63,822 bases of DNA, filler included, from 12 parts of 12 records of this genome joined end to end with filler, not necessarily neighbours in it, one strand, 5' to 3'. Shown: positions 23,546 through 36,655, counted from the whole stretch's first letter. Made by a program: numbers and translations. The notes: generated by a model from the sequence alone, not told the origin.

Positions 23546-23645
23546 NNNNNNNNNNNNNNNNNNNNNNNNNNNNNNNNNNNNNNNNNNNNTTAATTAATTA
23601 ANNNNNNNNNNNNNNNNNNNNNNNNNNNNNNNNNNNNNNNNNNNN
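23546..23645. other. Artificial contig spacer 5
   Basis: 44N-TTAATTAATTAA-44N. Confidence 0.99.
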
Positions 23646-24485
<840 letters not shown>

Positions 24486-25550
24486 ATGAGTAAAGTGAAA
24501 AGTATCACCCGTGAATCCTGGATCCTGAGCACTTTCCCGGAGTGGGGTAGCTGGTTGAATGAAGAAATTGAACAAGAACAGGTCGCTCCTGGCACATTTG
24601 CGATGTGGTGGCTTGGCTGCACCGGGATCTGGTTGAAATCGGAAGGTGGCACCAACGTTTGCGTTGATTTCTGGTGCGGCACTGGCAAACAAAGTCACGG
24701 TAACCCGTTAATGAAACAGGGTCACCAGATGCAGCGCATGGCTGGCGTGAAAAAACTGCAGCCAAACCTGCGTACCACCCCGTTTGTTCTTGATCCGTTT
24801 GCGATTCGCCAGATCGACGCGGTACTGGCGACTCACGATCACAACGATCATATCGACGTTAACGTCGCTGCTGCCGTGATGCAGAATTGTGCAGATGACG
24901 TACCGTTTATCGGACCGAAAACCTGTGTGGATTTGTGGATTGGCTGGGGCGTACCGAAAGAGCGTTGCATCGTGGTCAAACCGGGCGATGTAGTAAAAGT
25001 GAAAGACATTGAAATTCATGCGCTTGATGCTTTCGACCGTACTGCACTGATCACCCTGCCTGCCGATCAAAAAGCGGCTGGCGTACTGCCAGATGGCATG
25101 GACGATCGCGCGGTGAACTACCTGTTCAAAACGCCTGGCGGCTCCCTGTATCACAGCGGCGACTCCCACTACTCTAACTATTATGCGAAGCACGGTAACG
25201 AACATCAGATCGACGTGGCGTTAGGATCGTACGGCGAAAACCCGCGCGATATCACCGACAAAATGACCAGCGCCGATATGCTGCGTATGGGTGAAGCGCT
25301 GAATGCGAAAGTAGTGATCCCGTTCCACCACGATATCTGGTCAAACTTCCAGGCCGATCCGCAAGAGATCCGCGTGCTGTGGGAGATGAAAAAAGATCGC
25401 CTGAAGTATGGCTTCAAGCCGTTTATCTGGCAGGTGGGTGGCAAATTTACCTGGCCGCTGGATAAAGACAACTTCGAGTACCACTATCCGCGCGGTTTCG
25501 ATGATTGCTTCACTATTGAACCGGATCTGCCGTTCAAGTCATTCCTGTAA
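24486..25550 (+). CDS. ulaG: L-ascorbate-6-phosphate lactonase UlaG
   Basis: Metallo-beta-lactamase motif THDHNDH, 354 aa. Confidence 0.97.
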   Translation: MSKVKSITRESWILSTFPEWGSWLNEEIEQEQVAPGTFAMWWLGCTGIWLKSEGGTNVCVDFWCGTGKQSHGNPLMKQGHQMQRMAGVKKLQPNLRTTPFVLDPFAIRQIDAVLATHDHNDHIDVNVAAAVMQNCADDVPFIGPKTCVDLWIGWGVPKERCIVVKPGDVVKVKDIEIHALDAFDRTALITLPADQKAAGVLPDGMDDRAVNYLFKTPGGSLYHSGDSHYSNYYAKHGNEHQIDVALGSYGENPRDITDKMTSADMLRMGEALNAKVVIPFHHDIWSNFQADPQEIRVLWEMKKDRLKYGFKPFIWQVGGKFTWPLDKDNFEYHYPRGFDDCFTIEPDLPFKSFL

Positions 25551-25657
25551 TCTGTCGTTTATACCGGGTAGCGTGGAGAAGTTCGCGCTATCCGGCGTAG
25601 TATTTCCTGGCTATTTCAAATATCATCTAAAAAAATCAAATTTTATCGGAATAGCTC

Positions 25658-26413
25658 ATGACTGAAGCACAAAGACATCAAATCCTCCTGGAAATGCTCG
25701 CACAATTGGGCTTTGTGACCGTTGAGAAAGTCGTTGAGCGTCTGGGAATTTCGCCTGCCACTGCGCGACGCGATATCAATAAACTTGACGAAAGCGGCAA
25801 ACTGAAAAAAGTGCGCAATGGCGCAGAAGCTATTACCCAACAGCGCCCGCGCTGGACGCCGATGAATCTGCATCAGGCGCAGAATCACGATGAAAAAGTA
25901 CGTATCGCTAAAGCGGCCTCGCAGCTGGTTAATCCGGGCGAAAGCGTAGTCATCAACTGCGGCTCCACCGCGTTTCTGCTTGGGCGGGAAATGTGTGGCA
26001 AGCCAGTGCAAATCATCACTAATTATCTACCGCTGGCAAATTACCTGATCGATCAAGAACATGACAGCGTGATCATTATGGGCGGACAGTACAACAAAAG
26101 TCAGTCCATCACTTTAAGCCCGCAGGGCAGCGAAAACAGTCTCTATGCCGGGCACTGGATGTTTACCAGCGGAAAAGGGCTGACCGCAGAAGGGTTGTAT
26201 AAAACCGATATGCTGACAGCAATGGCAGAGCAGAAGATGCTGAGCGTGGTAGGGAAACTGGTGGTACTGGTTGATAGCAGTAAGATTGGCGAACGCGCGG
26301 GAATGCTTTTTAGCCGTGCCGATCAAATCGATATGCTTATCACCGGCAAAAATGCTAACCCGGAAATCCTGCAACAACTGGAAGCGCAAGGGGTCAGCAT
26401 TCTGCGTGTTTAA
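25658..26413 (+). CDS. ulaR: DeoR-family repressor UlaR
   Basis: [12 protein letters not shown]...[14 protein letters not shown], 251 aa. Confidence 0.97.
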
Positions 26414-26781
26414 AGATGCTGGCGGAAAAATGTCACGGCAGCATCTAACGCCTCAGGCGTAATGCGGTGACGCACGCCTGGCTGCCATGAACAGGTTAGC
26501 AGTTTATCCCGTCCCGTCTCGCTTAAGGCCTGCTGCAAACGTAGTGATTCGTCGGCAGGCACAACGTCATCGTCGAGGCCATGCCACAGCAGTAGAGGTC
26601 TGTCACTAAGTTGTTCCAGGTGGTTTGTCGCTTCCCACTCTGCCAGTGGCGCGACAATGTTATTGAATTCATTCTGCTGTGCTGCCGTTTCAGGTATCAG
26701 CGGTGGAAACAGTGAACGGGCGAGTGATGTAAAATAGCCCGATCCCATCATGCTGGCGGTACATCTCACCGTGGGGTGGCG
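26410..26781 (-). CDS. yjfP: Carboxylesterase YjfP, C-terminal part
   Basis: [15 protein letters not shown]...[22 protein letters not shown]. Confidence 0.9.
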
Positions 26782-26881
26782 NNNNNNNNNNNNNNNNNNN
26801 NNNNNNNNNNNNNNNNNNNNNNNNNTTAATTAATTAANNNNNNNNNNNNNNNNNNNNNNNNNNNNNNNNNNNNNNNNNNNN
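26782..26881. other. Artificial contig spacer 6
   Basis: 44N-TTAATTAATTAA-44N. Confidence 0.99.
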
Positions 26882-27073
26882 CAGATCCTGCGTGAAGCAG
26901 CAGTAAATCTGAGTTTATGGGAATAAATTACCTGAAAAGCAGAGTTTTCGGCCTCATGATACTCGGAGAGTCCCCTCGCCCCTCTGGGAAGAGGGTGAAA
27001 ACCGTGCTCCCACTCGCAGTCATCCTCCCTCACTCCTGCCATAATTCTGATATTCCAGGAAAGAGAGCCATCC
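26882..27073. promoter_or_regulatory. melR/melAB divergent regulatory region (partial)
   Basis: Upstream of melR; contains atctgagtttatgggaat (about 26907-26924), one arm of the MelR-binding inverted repeat. Confidence 0.7.
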
Positions 27074-27982
27074 ATGAATACAGATACGTTTATGTGCAGC
27101 AGCGACGAAAAACAGACCCGCAGCCCGCTGTCGCTGTATTCGGAATACCAGCGGATGGAGATTGAGTTTCGCGCACCGCATATCATGCCCACCAGCCACT
27201 GGCATGGTCAGGTCGAAGTGAATGTGCCTTTCGATGGCGATGTGGAATACCTGATCAACAATGAAAAAGTGAATATCAATCAGGGTCATATCACGCTGTT
27301 CTGGGCCTGTACACCGCACCAACTAACAGATACCGGAACCTGTCAGAGCATGGCGATTTTTAATCTGCCGATGCATCTGTTTCTCTCCTGGCCGCTGGAT
27401 AAAGACCTGATTAACCACGTCACTCACGGCATGGTGATCAAATCACTGGCCACACAGCAACTTAGCCCGTTTGAAGTGCGCCGCTGGCAGCAGGAATTAA
27501 ACAGTCCGAACGAGCAAATTCGCCAGCTCGCCATTGATGAAATTGGCCTGATGCTCAAGCGATTTAGCCTCTCTGGCTGGGAACCGATTCTGGTCAATAA
27601 AACCTCGCGCACACACAAAAACAGCGTCTCGCGCCATGCGCAATTTTATGTTAGCCAGATGCTGGGCTTTATTGCCGAAAACTATGATCAGGCGCTGACC
27701 ATCAACGATGTGGCTGAGCACGTCAAACTTAACGCCAACTATGCAATGGGGATATTCCAGCGGGTCATGCAATTGACGATGAAACAGTACATTACCGCGA
27801 TGCGCATCAACCACGTTCGCGCGTTACTGAGCGATACCGATAAAAGTATTCTCGATATTGCCCTGACGGCAGGCTTTCGTTCAAGTAGTCGTTTTTACAG
27901 CACGTTCGGCAAATATGTCGGCATGTCGCCGCAACAATACCGCAAACTTAGCCAACAGCGCCGCCAGACGTTTCCCGGCTAA
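27074..27982 (+). CDS. melR: AraC-family activator MelR
   Basis: MNTDTFMCSSDEKQ...GFRSSSRFYSTFGKYVGMSPQQYRK, 302 aa. Confidence 0.97.
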   Translation: MNTDTFMCSSDEKQTRSPLSLYSEYQRMEIEFRAPHIMPTSHWHGQVEVNVPFDGDVEYLINNEKVNINQGHITLFWACTPHQLTDTGTCQSMAIFNLPMHLFLSWPLDKDLINHVTHGMVIKSLATQQLSPFEVRRWQQELNSPNEQIRQLAIDEIGLMLKRFSLSGWEPILVNKTSRTHKNSVSRHAQFYVSQMLGFIAENYDQALTINDVAEHVKLNANYAMGIFQRVMQLTMKQYITAMRINHVRALLSDTDKSILDIALTAGFRSSSRFYSTFGKYVGMSPQQYRKLSQQRRQTFPG

Positions 27983-28177
27983 AGACGATATCAGTATCAG
28001 CCAAAAAAATAGTTTAGCCGTCGATAATAAGCAGTGAAAATAATTTAAAATAATCACATAACGTATTGTTTATAAAACTAAATATTTCAAAAATGTTTGT
28101 TTTTCACGCGCTTTACAGCCCGAAAAGGCCGGAAGATACTTGCCCGCAACGAAGATTCCTTCATAACCGGGTAAGCA

Positions 28178-30448
28178 ATGATGAAAGTATTAATTGTTGA
28201 AAGCGAGTTTCTCCATCAAGACACCTGGGTCGGTAACGCCGTTGAGCGTCTGGCAGATGCTTTAAGCCAGCAAAATGTTACCGTGATTAAATCCACCTCC
28301 TTTGATGATGGTTTTGCCATTCTCTCTTCAAACGAAGCCATTGACTGCCTGATGTTCAGCTATCAAATGGAACATCCGGACGAACATCAAAACGTCAGAC
28401 AATTGATCGGTAAGCTTCATGAGCGCCAACAAAACGTGCCGGTCTTCCTGTTGGGCGATCGGGAAAAAGCCCTCGCCGCAATGGATCGCGACCTGCTGGA
28501 GCTTGTCGATGAATTCGCCTGGATTCTGGAAGATACCGCCGACTTTATCGCCGGACGCGCCGTTGCCGCGATGACCCGCTACCGCCAGCAGCTGTTGCCG
28601 CCACTGTTCAGCGCGCTGATGAAATATAGTGACATCCATGAATATTCCTGGGCAGCGCCAGGCCACCAGGGCGGCGTTGGTTTTACCAAAACACCCGCCG
28701 GACGTTTCTACCATGACTACTATGGTGAAAATCTGTTCCGCACCGACATGGGCATCGAACGAACTTCCCTCGGTTCTTTGCTTGACCATACTGGCGCATT
28801 TGGCGAAAGCGAAAAATATGCCGCACGCGTATTTGGTGCCGATCGCTCCTGGTCGGTAGTCGTCGGTACTTCCGGCTCTAACCGCACCATCATGCAGGCT
28901 TGCATGACCGATAACGATGTCGTGGTCGTTGACCGTAACTGCCATAAATCCATCGAACAAGGTTTGATGCTGACAGGCGCGAAACCGGTCTATATGGTGC
29001 CAAGCCGCAACCGCTACGGCATTATCGGGCCAATCTATCCGCAGGAAATGCAACCTGAAACCTTGCAGAAGAAAATCAGTGAAAGCCCGCTGACCAAAGA
29101 CAAAGCCGGGCAAAAACCGTCTTACTGCGTGGTGACCAACTGCACCTATGACGGCGTGTGTTATAACGCTAAAGAAGCGCAGGATCTGCTGGAAAAAACC
29201 TCCGATCGTCTGCACTTTGACGAAGCCTGGTACGGCTATGCACGTTTCAACCCGATCTATGCCGATCACTATGCCATGCGCGGCGAACCTGGCGATCACA
29301 ACGGTCCTACCGTTTTCGCCACCCACTCCACCCACAAACTGCTGAATGCGCTGTCACAGGCTTCTTATATTCATGTACGTGAAGGTCGTGGGGCGATTAA
29401 CTTCTCCCGCTTCAACCAGGCCTACATGATGCATGCCACCACCTCCCCGCTGTATGCCATCTGCGCATCCAACGACGTGGCGGTGTCGATGATGGACGGC
29501 AACAGCGGCCTGTCACTGACACAGGAAGTGATTGACGAAGCGGTTGATTTCCGTCAGGCGATGGCGCGGCTATATAAAGAGTTCACCGCTGACGGTAGCT
29601 GGTTCTTCAAACCGTGGAACAAAGAAGTCGTCACCGACCCACAAACCGGCAAAACCTATGACTTTGCTGACGCACCAACCAAACTGCTGACCACCGTTCA
29701 GGACTGCTGGGTAATGCATCCGGGCGAAAGCTGGCACGGCTTCAAAGATATTCCGGATAACTGGAGTATGCTCGACCCGATTAAAGTCAGCATCCTTGCT
29801 CCGGGAATGGGTGAAGATGGTGAACTGGAAGAAACCGGTGTTCCGGCGGCGCTGGTCACTGCCTGGCTTGGTCGCCACGGCATTGTACCTACCCGCACCA
29901 CTGACTTCCAAATTATGTTCCTGTTCTCTATGGGCGTAACCCGTGGGAAATGGGGAACTCTGGTTAACACCCTTTGCTCCTTCAAACGCCACTATGACGC
30001 CAACACACCGCTGGCGCAGGTGATGCCGGAACTTGTTGAACAATATCCTGACACTTACGCGAACATGGGGATTCACGATCTGGGTGACACCATGTTTGCC
30101 TGGCTGAAAGAAAACAACCCTGGCGCACGGTTGAACGAAGCCTATTCCGGCCTGCCGGTGGCGGAAGTCACCCCGCGTGAAGCGTACAACGCGATTGTCG
30201 ACAACAATGTCGAACTGGTATCCATTGAAAATCTGCCAGGACGCATCGCGGCAAACTCAGTTATCCCGTATCCGCCAGGAATCCCGATGCTGCTGTCTGG
30301 TGAAAACTTCGGCGATAAAAACAGTCCGCAAGTAAGTTATTTACGCTCGCTGCAATCCTGGGACCACCATTTCCCTGGATTTGAACACGAAACTGAAGGG
30401 ACTGAAATTATTGACGGTATTTACCACGTTATGTGCGTGAAAGCGTAA
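28178..30448 (+). CDS. adiA: Biodegradative arginine decarboxylase
   Basis: PLP-lysine motif THSTHKLL and HFDEAW; about 755 aa. Confidence 0.98.
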   Translation: MMKVLIVESEFLHQDTWVGNAVERLADALSQQNVTVIKSTSFDDGFAILSSNEAIDCLMFSYQMEHPDEHQNVRQLIGKLHERQQNVPVFLLGDREKALAAMDRDLLELVDEFAWILEDTADFIAGRAVAAMTRYRQQLLPPLFSALMKYSDIHEYSWAAPGHQGGVGFTKTPAGRFYHDYYGENLFRTDMGIERTSLGSLLDHTGAFGESEKYAARVFGADRSWSVVVGTSGSNRTIMQACMTDNDVVVVDRNCHKSIEQGLMLTGAKPVYMVPSRNRYGIIGPIYPQEMQPETLQKKISESPLTKDKAGQKPSYCVVTNCTYDGVCYNAKEAQDLLEKTSDRLHFDEAWYGYARFNPIYADHYAMRGEPGDHNGPTVFATHSTHKLLNALSQASYIHVREGRGAINFSRFNQAYMMHATTSPLYAICASNDVAVSMMDGNSGLSLTQEVIDEAVDFRQAMARLYKEFTADGSWFFKPWNKEVVTDPQTGKTYDFADAPTKLLTTVQDCWVMHPGESWHGFKDIPDNWSMLDPIKVSILAPGMGEDGELEETGVPAALVTAWLGRHGIVPTRTTDFQIMFLFSMGVTRGKWGTLVNTLCSFKRHYDANTPLAQVMPELVEQYPDTYANMGIHDLGDTMFAWLKENNPGARLNEAYSGLPVAEVTPREAYNAIVDNNVELVSIENLPGRIAANSVIPYPPGIPMLLSGENFGDKNSPQVSYLRSLQSWDHHFPGFEHETEGTEIIDGIYHVMCVKA

Positions 30449-30565
30449 CCACTATTCCGCTGAAGGCGTAATTGTTTAAATAACATTACGCCGCCTGGCC
30501 TTAGGCCTTTTGAGTATGGCAACGTTTTCATAAAAATTGCTGCAAACAAAAATGTCATACTTTTT

Positions 30566-30591
30566 GCGCGGCCCCACCCCGCGCTTTTTTT
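30566..30591 (+). terminator. Intrinsic terminator after adiA
   Basis: gcgcgg-loop-ccgcgc followed by T7. Confidence 0.75.
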
Positions 30592-30771
30592 GCCTGTTAT
30601 TTATCCTGTAAAAAAATATGTACATGAGAAATTACTATAAAAATTTGTACTATTAGTAAAACTCGTTATTTTTATGCATGTTTATATTCATCATACAATT
30701 ATATAACCATTTCCCGGTATCGCTTTGCTTTAGCGAGAACTGGTCTTTTATTCGCACTCAGGAGTACATGT

Positions 30772-31533
30772 ATGAGGATTTGCAGCGACCAACCTTGTAT
30801 TGTTTTATTGACTGAAAAAGATGTCTGGATAAGGGTAAATGGGAAAGAACCTATTAGCCTTAAAGCTAACCATATGGCGTTATTAAATTGTGAAAATAAT
30901 ATTATCGACGTCTCCTCTCTTAACAACACTTTGGTTGCTCATATTAGTCACGACATCATCAAAGATTACCTCCGGTTTCTGAATAAAGATCTCTCGCAAA
31001 TACCAGTATGGCAACGTAGCGCTACGCCCATACTCACCCTGCCATGCCTGACGCCAGACGTCTTTCGCGTTGCCGCGCAACACAGCATGATGCCCGCAGA
31101 AACTGAGTCAGAAAAGGAACGAACACGCGCATTATTATTCACGGTGCTATCCCGTTTTCTCGACAGTAAAAAATTCGTTTCATTAATGATGTATATGTTA
31201 CGTAATTGTGTAAGTGACAGCGTTTATCAAATTATTGAAAGCGATATTCACAAAGACTGGAATCTTAGTATGGTAGCCAGTTGTTTATGTCTTAGCCCAA
31301 GTCTGTTAAAGAAAAAGTTGAAAAGCGAAAACACCAGTTATAGCCAAATAATCACCACCTGCCGCATGCGTTATGCCGTAAATGAATTAATGATGGACGG
31401 TAAAAATATCTCTCAGGTATCACAGTCCTGCGGCTACAACAGTACGTCGTACTTTATTTCTGTCTTTAAAGACTTCTACGGTATGACGCCGCTGCATTAT
31501 GTTAGTCAGCACAGAGAACGCACTGTCGCCTGA
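30772..31533 (+). CDS. adiY: AraC-family activator AdiY
   Basis: C-terminal AraC HTH (CGYNSTSYFISVFKDFYGMTP), 253 aa. Confidence 0.96.
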   Translation: MRICSDQPCIVLLTEKDVWIRVNGKEPISLKANHMALLNCENNIIDVSSLNNTLVAHISHDIIKDYLRFLNKDLSQIPVWQRSATPILTLPCLTPDVFRVAAQHSMMPAETESEKERTRALLFTVLSRFLDSKKFVSLMMYMLRNCVSDSVYQIIESDIHKDWNLSMVASCLCLSPSLLKKKLKSENTSYSQIITTCRMRYAVNELMMDGKNISQVSQSCGYNSTSYFISVFKDFYGMTPLHYVSQHRERTVA

Positions 31534-31669
31534 TTTTTAACCTTAACGAAGAGCTATATTAATAACGGCATCAGCGATAACCCGGTCGATAATAATTCAA
31601 CTATCGAATGCAGGCGTATGATATGACGTAATTTATTGTCACGAAGCTCGCCTTCGCAGGAGTTTAATT

Positions 31670-33007
31670 ATGTCTTCGGATGCTGATGCTCACAAAGTGG
31701 GCTTAATCCCCGTCACCCTGATGGTGTCGGGGAATATTATGGGGTCAGGTGTTTTTCTGTTACCTGCAAACCTGGCCTCTACTGGCGGGATTGCCATTTA
31801 TGGATGGTTGGTGACGATTATCGGTGCACTGGGGCTCTCGATGGTATACGCCAAAATGTCGTTCCTCGACCCAAGTCCTGGTGGTTCTTACGCTTACGCC
31901 CGCCGCTGCTTTGGCCCGTTTCTCGGTTATCAAACCAACGTCCTCTACTGGCTGGCCTGCTGGATCGGCAATATCGCCATGGTGGTCATTGGCGTAGGAT
32001 ATTTAAGTTACTTCTTCCCGATTCTGAAAGATCCATTGGTATTAACCATCACCTGCGTCGTGGTGCTGTGGATCTTCGTCCTGCTGAACATTGTCGGTCC
32101 GAAAATGATCACCCGTGTGCAGGCAGTTGCCACCGTGCTGGCGCTGATCCCCATCGTCGGGATTGCCGTATTTGGCTGGTTCTGGTTCCGTGGTGAAACC
32201 TATATGGCGGCATGGAACGTCAGCGGCCTGGGCACCTTCGGTGCAATTCAAAGTACCCTTAACGTTACGCTGTGGTCGTTCATCGGTGTGGAAAGTGCCT
32301 CCGTTGCCGCAGGTGTGGTGAAAAACCCGAAACGCAATGTCCCTATCGCCACCATTGGTGGGGTATTGATTGCCGCCGTTTGCTATGTACTTTCTACCAC
32401 CGCGATTATGGGGATGATCCCTAATGCCGCACTGCGCGTTTCTGCTTCGCCATTCGGTGATGCCGCACGGATGGCGTTGGGTGACACCGCCGGGGCCATT
32501 GTTTCCTTCTGCGCAGCTGCGGGTTGCTTAGGTTCACTGGGCGGCTGGACGTTGCTGGCGGGTCAAACGGCGAAAGCCGCTGCCGATGACGGACTGTTCC
32601 CACCGATTTTTGCCCGTGTAAATAAAGCGGGTACGCCAGTGGCGGGGCTGATTATCGTCGGTATTTTGATGACCATCTTCCAGCTCAGCAGCATTTCACC
32701 AAACGCGACCAAAGAGTTCGGTCTGGTTTCTTCCGTCTCGGTCATCTTTACACTGGTGCCATATCTTTACACCTGTGCGGCGTTACTGCTGCTCGGACAC
32801 GGTCACTTTGGTAAAGCACGCCCGGCATATCTGGCAGTTACTACCATTGCCTTCCTCTACTGCATCTGGGCCGTGGTGGGGTCCGGAGCGAAAGAGGTTA
32901 TGTGGTCATTTGTCACCCTGATGGTCATCACCGCCATGTATGCGCTGAATTACAACCGGCTACATAAAAACCCGTATCCCTTAGATGCACCAATAAGCAA
33001 AGATTAA
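31670..33007 (+). CDS. adiC: Arginine/agmatine antiporter
   Basis: GNIMGSG and WSFIGVESA motifs, 445 aa. Confidence 0.98.
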
Positions 33008-33047
33008 TTCCCCTTAATCCAGCAAACATAAAAGCCAACCTTAAGAA

Positions 33048-33064
33048 CTTAAGGTTGGCTTAAT
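33048..33064 (+). promoter_or_regulatory. BasR/PmrA box upstream of eptA
   Basis: CTTAAGGTTGGCTTAAT direct repeat; lies within a palindrome (33032-33061) that may also terminate adiC. Confidence 0.8.
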
Positions 33065-33110
33065 TTTGCTTTGCGAGCATATGCGCACTTTGTTCGATGG
33101 AAACACCGTG

Positions 33111-34754
33111 ATGTTGAAGCGCCTACTAAAAAGACCCTCTTTGAATTTACTCGCCTGGCTATTGTTGGCCGCTTTTTATATCTCTATCTGCCTGAATATT
33201 GCCTTTTTTAAACAGGTGTTGCAGGCGCTGCCGCTGGATTCGCTGCATAACGTACTGGTTTTCTTGTCGATGCCGGTCGTCGCTTTCAGCGTGATTAATA
33301 TTGTCCTGACACTAAGCTCTTTCTTATGGCTTAATCGACCACTGGCCTGCCTGTTTATTCTGGTTGGCGCGGCTGCACAATATTTCATAATGACTTACGG
33401 CATCGTCATCGACCGCTCGATGATTGCCAATATTATTGATACCACTCCGGCAGAAAGTTATGCGCTGATGACACCGCAAATGTTATTAACGCTGGGATTC
33501 AGCGGCGTGCTTGCTGCGCTGATTGCCTGCTGGATAAAAATCAAACCTGCCACCTCGCGTCTGCGCAGTGTTCTTTTCCGTGGAGCCAATATTCTGGTTT
33601 CTGTACTACTGATTTTGCTGGTCGCCGCACTGTTTTATAAAGACTACGCCTCGTTGTTCCGCAATAACAAAGAGCTGGTGAAATCCTTAAGCCCCTCTAA
33701 CAGCATTGTTGCCAGCTGGTCATGGTACTCCCATCAGCGACTGGCAAATCTGCCGCTGGTGCGAATTGGTGAAGACGCGCACCGCAACCCGTTAATGCAG
33801 AACGAAAAACGTAAAAATTTGACCATCCTGATTGTCGGCGAAACCTCGCGGGCGGAGAACTTCTCCCTCAACGGCTACCCGCGTGAAACTAACCCGCGGC
33901 TGGCGAAAGATAACGTGGTCTATTTCCCTAATACCGCATCTTGCGGCACGGCAACGGCAGTTTCAGTACCGTGCATGTTCTCGGATATGCCGCGTGAGCA
34001 CTACAAAGAAGAGCTGGCACAGCACCAGGAAGGCGTGCTGGATATCATTCAGCGAGCGGGCATCAACGTGCTGTGGAATGACAACGATGGCGGCTGTAAA
34101 GGTGCCTGCGACCGCGTGCCTCACCAGAACGTCACCGCGCTGAATCTACCTGATCAGTGCATCAACGGCGAATGCTATGACGAAGTGCTGTTCCACGGGC
34201 TTGAAGAGTACATCAATAACCTGCAAGGTGATGGCGTGATTGTCTTACACACCATCGGCAGCCACGGTCCGACCTATTACAACCGCTATCCGCCTCAGTT
34301 CAGGAAATTTACCCCAACCTGCGACACCAATGAGATCCAGACCTGTACCAAAGAGCAACTGGTGAACACTTACGACAACACGCTGGTTTACGTCGACTAT
34401 ATTGTTGATAAAGCGATTAATCTGCTGAAAGAACATCAGGATAAATTTACCACCAGCCTGGTTTATCTTTCTGACCACGGTGAATCGTTAGGTGAAAATG
34501 GCATCTATCTGCACGGTCTGCCTTATGCCATCGCCCCGGATAGCCAAAAACAGGTGCCGATGCTGCTGTGGCTGTCGGAGGATTATCAAAAACGGTATCA
34601 GGTTGACCAGAACTGCCTGCAAAAACAGGCGCAAACGCAACACTATTCACAAGACAATTTATTCTCCACGCTATTGGGATTAACTGGCGTTGAGACGAAG
34701 TATTACCAGGCTGCGGATGATATTCTGCAAACTTGCAGGAGAGTGAGTGAATGA
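33111..34754 (+). CDS. eptA: Lipid A phosphoethanolamine transferase
   Basis: TM N-terminus; [22 protein letters not shown] and SDHGESLGE motifs; 547 aa. Confidence 0.97.
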   Translation: MLKRLLKRPSLNLLAWLLLAAFYISICLNIAFFKQVLQALPLDSLHNVLVFLSMPVVAFSVINIVLTLSSFLWLNRPLACLFILVGAAAQYFIMTYGIVIDRSMIANIIDTTPAESYALMTPQMLLTLGFSGVLAALIACWIKIKPATSRLRSVLFRGANILVSVLLILLVAALFYKDYASLFRNNKELVKSLSPSNSIVASWSWYSHQRLANLPLVRIGEDAHRNPLMQNEKRKNLTILIVGETSRAENFSLNGYPRETNPRLAKDNVVYFPNTASCGTATAVSVPCMFSDMPREHYKEELAQHQEGVLDIIQRAGINVLWNDNDGGCKGACDRVPHQNVTALNLPDQCINGECYDEVLFHGLEEYINNLQGDGVIVLHTIGSHGPTYYNRYPPQFRKFTPTCDTNEIQTCTKEQLVNTYDNTLVYVDYIVDKAINLLKEHQDKFTTSLVYLSDHGESLGENGIYLHGLPYAIAPDSQKQVPMLLWLSEDYQKRYQVDQNCLQKQAQTQHYSQDNLFSTLLGLTGVETKYYQAADDILQTCRRVSE

Positions 34755-35419
34755 AAATTCTGATTGTTGAAGACGATACGCTGTTATTGCAGGGACTGAT
34801 TCTGGCGGCGCAAACCGAAGGCTACGCGTGCGATAGCGTGACAACCGCGCGGATGGCGGAACAAAGCCTTGAGGCAGGTCATTACAGCCTGGTGGTACTG
34901 GATTTAGGGTTACCCGACGAAGATGGACTGCATTTTCTCGCCCGTATCCGGCAGAAAAAATATACCCTGCCGGTACTGATCCTCACCGCTCGCGATACGC
35001 TGACCGACAAAATCGCCGGGCTGGATGTCGGTGCCGACGACTATCTGGTGAAGCCTTTTGCGCTGGAAGAGTTACATGCCCGTATCCGCGCCCTGCTACG
35101 ACGCCATAATAATCAGGGCGAAAGTGAGCTGATTGTTGGCAATCTGACGCTGAACATGGGTCGCCGTCAGGTATGGATGGGCGGTGAAGAGTTGATTCTG
35201 ACGCCCAAAGAATATGCTCTGCTGTCACGGTTAATGCTCAAAGCAGGCAGTCCGGTGCATCGGGAAATTCTCTACAACGACATCTATAACTGGGACAATG
35301 AACCCTCGACCAACACCCTGGAAGTGCATATCCACAATCTGCGCGACAAAGTGGGCAAAGCCCGTATCCGCACCGTGCGCGGCTTTGGCTATATGCTGGT
35401 CGCGAATGAGGAAAACTAA
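34751..35419 (+). CDS. basR: Response regulator BasR (PmrA)
   Basis: OmpR-family receiver plus winged helix, 222 aa. Confidence 0.97.
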   Translation: MKILIVEDDTLLLQGLILAAQTEGYACDSVTTARMAEQSLEAGHYSLVVLDLGLPDEDGLHFLARIRQKKYTLPVLILTARDTLTDKIAGLDVGADDYLVKPFALEELHARIRALLRRHNNQGESELIVGNLTLNMGRRQVWMGGEELILTPKEYALLSRLMLKAGSPVHREILYNDIYNWDNEPSTNTLEVHIHNLRDKVGKARIRTVRGFGYMLVANEEN

Positions 35420-35428
35420 TTGAATCTG

Positions 35429-36520
35429 ATGCATTTTCTGCGCCGACCAATATCGCTGCGCCAACGGCTGATATTGACCATCGGGGCCATTTTGTTGGTG
35501 TTTGAGCTGATCAGCGTCTTCTGGCTATGGCATGAAAGTACCGAGCAGATTCAGCTGTTTGAGCAGGCGCTACGCGACAATCGCAACAACGATCGCCACA
35601 TCATGCGTGAGATCCGCGAGGCGGTCGCCAGCCTGATTGTCCCCGGCGTCTTTATGGTCAGCCTGACGCTATTTATCTGCTATCAGGCGGTACGCCGCAT
35701 CACCCGCCCGCTGGCGGAGCTGCAAAAAGAGCTGGAAGCGCGCACCGCCGACAACTTAACGCCCATTGCCATTCACAGCGCCACCCTCGAAATCGAAGCG
35801 GTGGTTTCGGCGTTAAACGATCTGGTCAGTCGCCTGACCAGCACGCTGGATAACGAAAGGTTGTTTACCGCTGACGTCGCGCACGAACTGCGAACGCCAC
35901 TGGCGGGGGTGCGTTTGCATCTGGAACTGCTGGCGAAAACGCATCACATTGATGTAGCACCGTTAGTGGCACGGCTTGATCAGATGATGGAGAGCGTCTC
36001 CCAGCTGCTGCAACTGGCGCGTGCCGGACAGTCATTTTCTTCCGGTAATTATCAACATGTAAAACTGCTGGAAGATGTCATTCTCCCCTCGTATGACGAA
36101 CTCAGTACCATGCTCGACCAGCGACAGCAAACCCTGCTATTGCCAGAGAGCGCCGCCGACATCACCGTTCAGGGTGATGCAACCCTGCTGCGGATGTTAT
36201 TGCGAAACCTGGTAGAAAACGCCCATCGTTACAGCCCGCAAGGCAGCAACATTATGATTAAGCTGCAAGAAGATGACGGAGCGGTCATGGCAGTTGAAGA
36301 TGAAGGACCAGGTATTGATGAGAGTAAATGCGGGGAGTTGAGTAAAGCGTTTGTACGTATGGACAGCCGTTATGGCGGGATTGGTCTGGGATTAAGTATT
36401 GTCAGCCGCATTACACAGTTGCATCACGGGCAGTTTTTCCTGCAAAACCGGCAAGAGACTTCCGGCACGCGGGCCTGGGTACGGCTGAAGAAAGATCAGT
36501 ACGTGGCAAACCAGATATAA
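35429..36520 (+). CDS. basS: Sensor kinase BasS (PmrB)
   Basis: AHELRTPL H-box and G-boxes, 363 aa. Confidence 0.97.
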   Translation: MHFLRRPISLRQRLILTIGAILLVFELISVFWLWHESTEQIQLFEQALRDNRNNDRHIMREIREAVASLIVPGVFMVSLTLFICYQAVRRITRPLAELQKELEARTADNLTPIAIHSATLEIEAVVSALNDLVSRLTSTLDNERLFTADVAHELRTPLAGVRLHLELLAKTHHIDVAPLVARLDQMMESVSQLLQLARAGQSFSSGNYQHVKLLEDVILPSYDELSTMLDQRQQTLLLPESAADITVQGDATLLRMLLRNLVENAHRYSPQGSNIMIKLQEDDGAVMAVEDEGPGIDESKCGELSKAFVRMDSRYGGIGLGLSIVSRITQLHHGQFFLQNRQETSGTRAWVRLKKDQYVANQI

Positions 36521-36585
36521 AGAAAGCTGCTGACCACCAGCACGCTGAACACGGTAGTTAAACTTTCATAAACACGGTTTTTCAT
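36496..36585 (-). CDS. pmrR: Small membrane protein PmrR (29 aa), overlapping the basS 3' end
   Basis: MKNRVYESLTTVFSVLVVSSFLYIWFATY*, GGAGGAG RBS; absent from the ORF track. Confidence 0.9.
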   Translation of the reverse strand: MKNRVYESLTTVFSVLVVSSFLYIWFATY

Positions 36586-36629
36586 TGCACTCTCCTCCGT
36601 TAACCTGGAGGAGAGTATGCGCGTCAGAG

Positions 36630-36646
36630 ATTAAGTGAACCTTAAG
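36630..36646 (-). promoter_or_regulatory. BasR/PmrA box upstream of pmrR
   Basis: CTTAAGGTTCACTTAAT on the minus strand. Confidence 0.8.
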
Positions 36647-36655
36647 AGTTCAATT

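Noticed and set aside
28328..29335. Long antisense ORFs (335 aa opposite adiA; 353 aa at 45582-46643 opposite yidC)
   Set aside because: They are shadow ORFs of codon-biased sense genes with no recognisable motifs.
33111..34754. mcr-like colistin resistance gene
   Set aside because: It is chromosomal eptA in its normal eptA-basRS context with no mobile element nearby.
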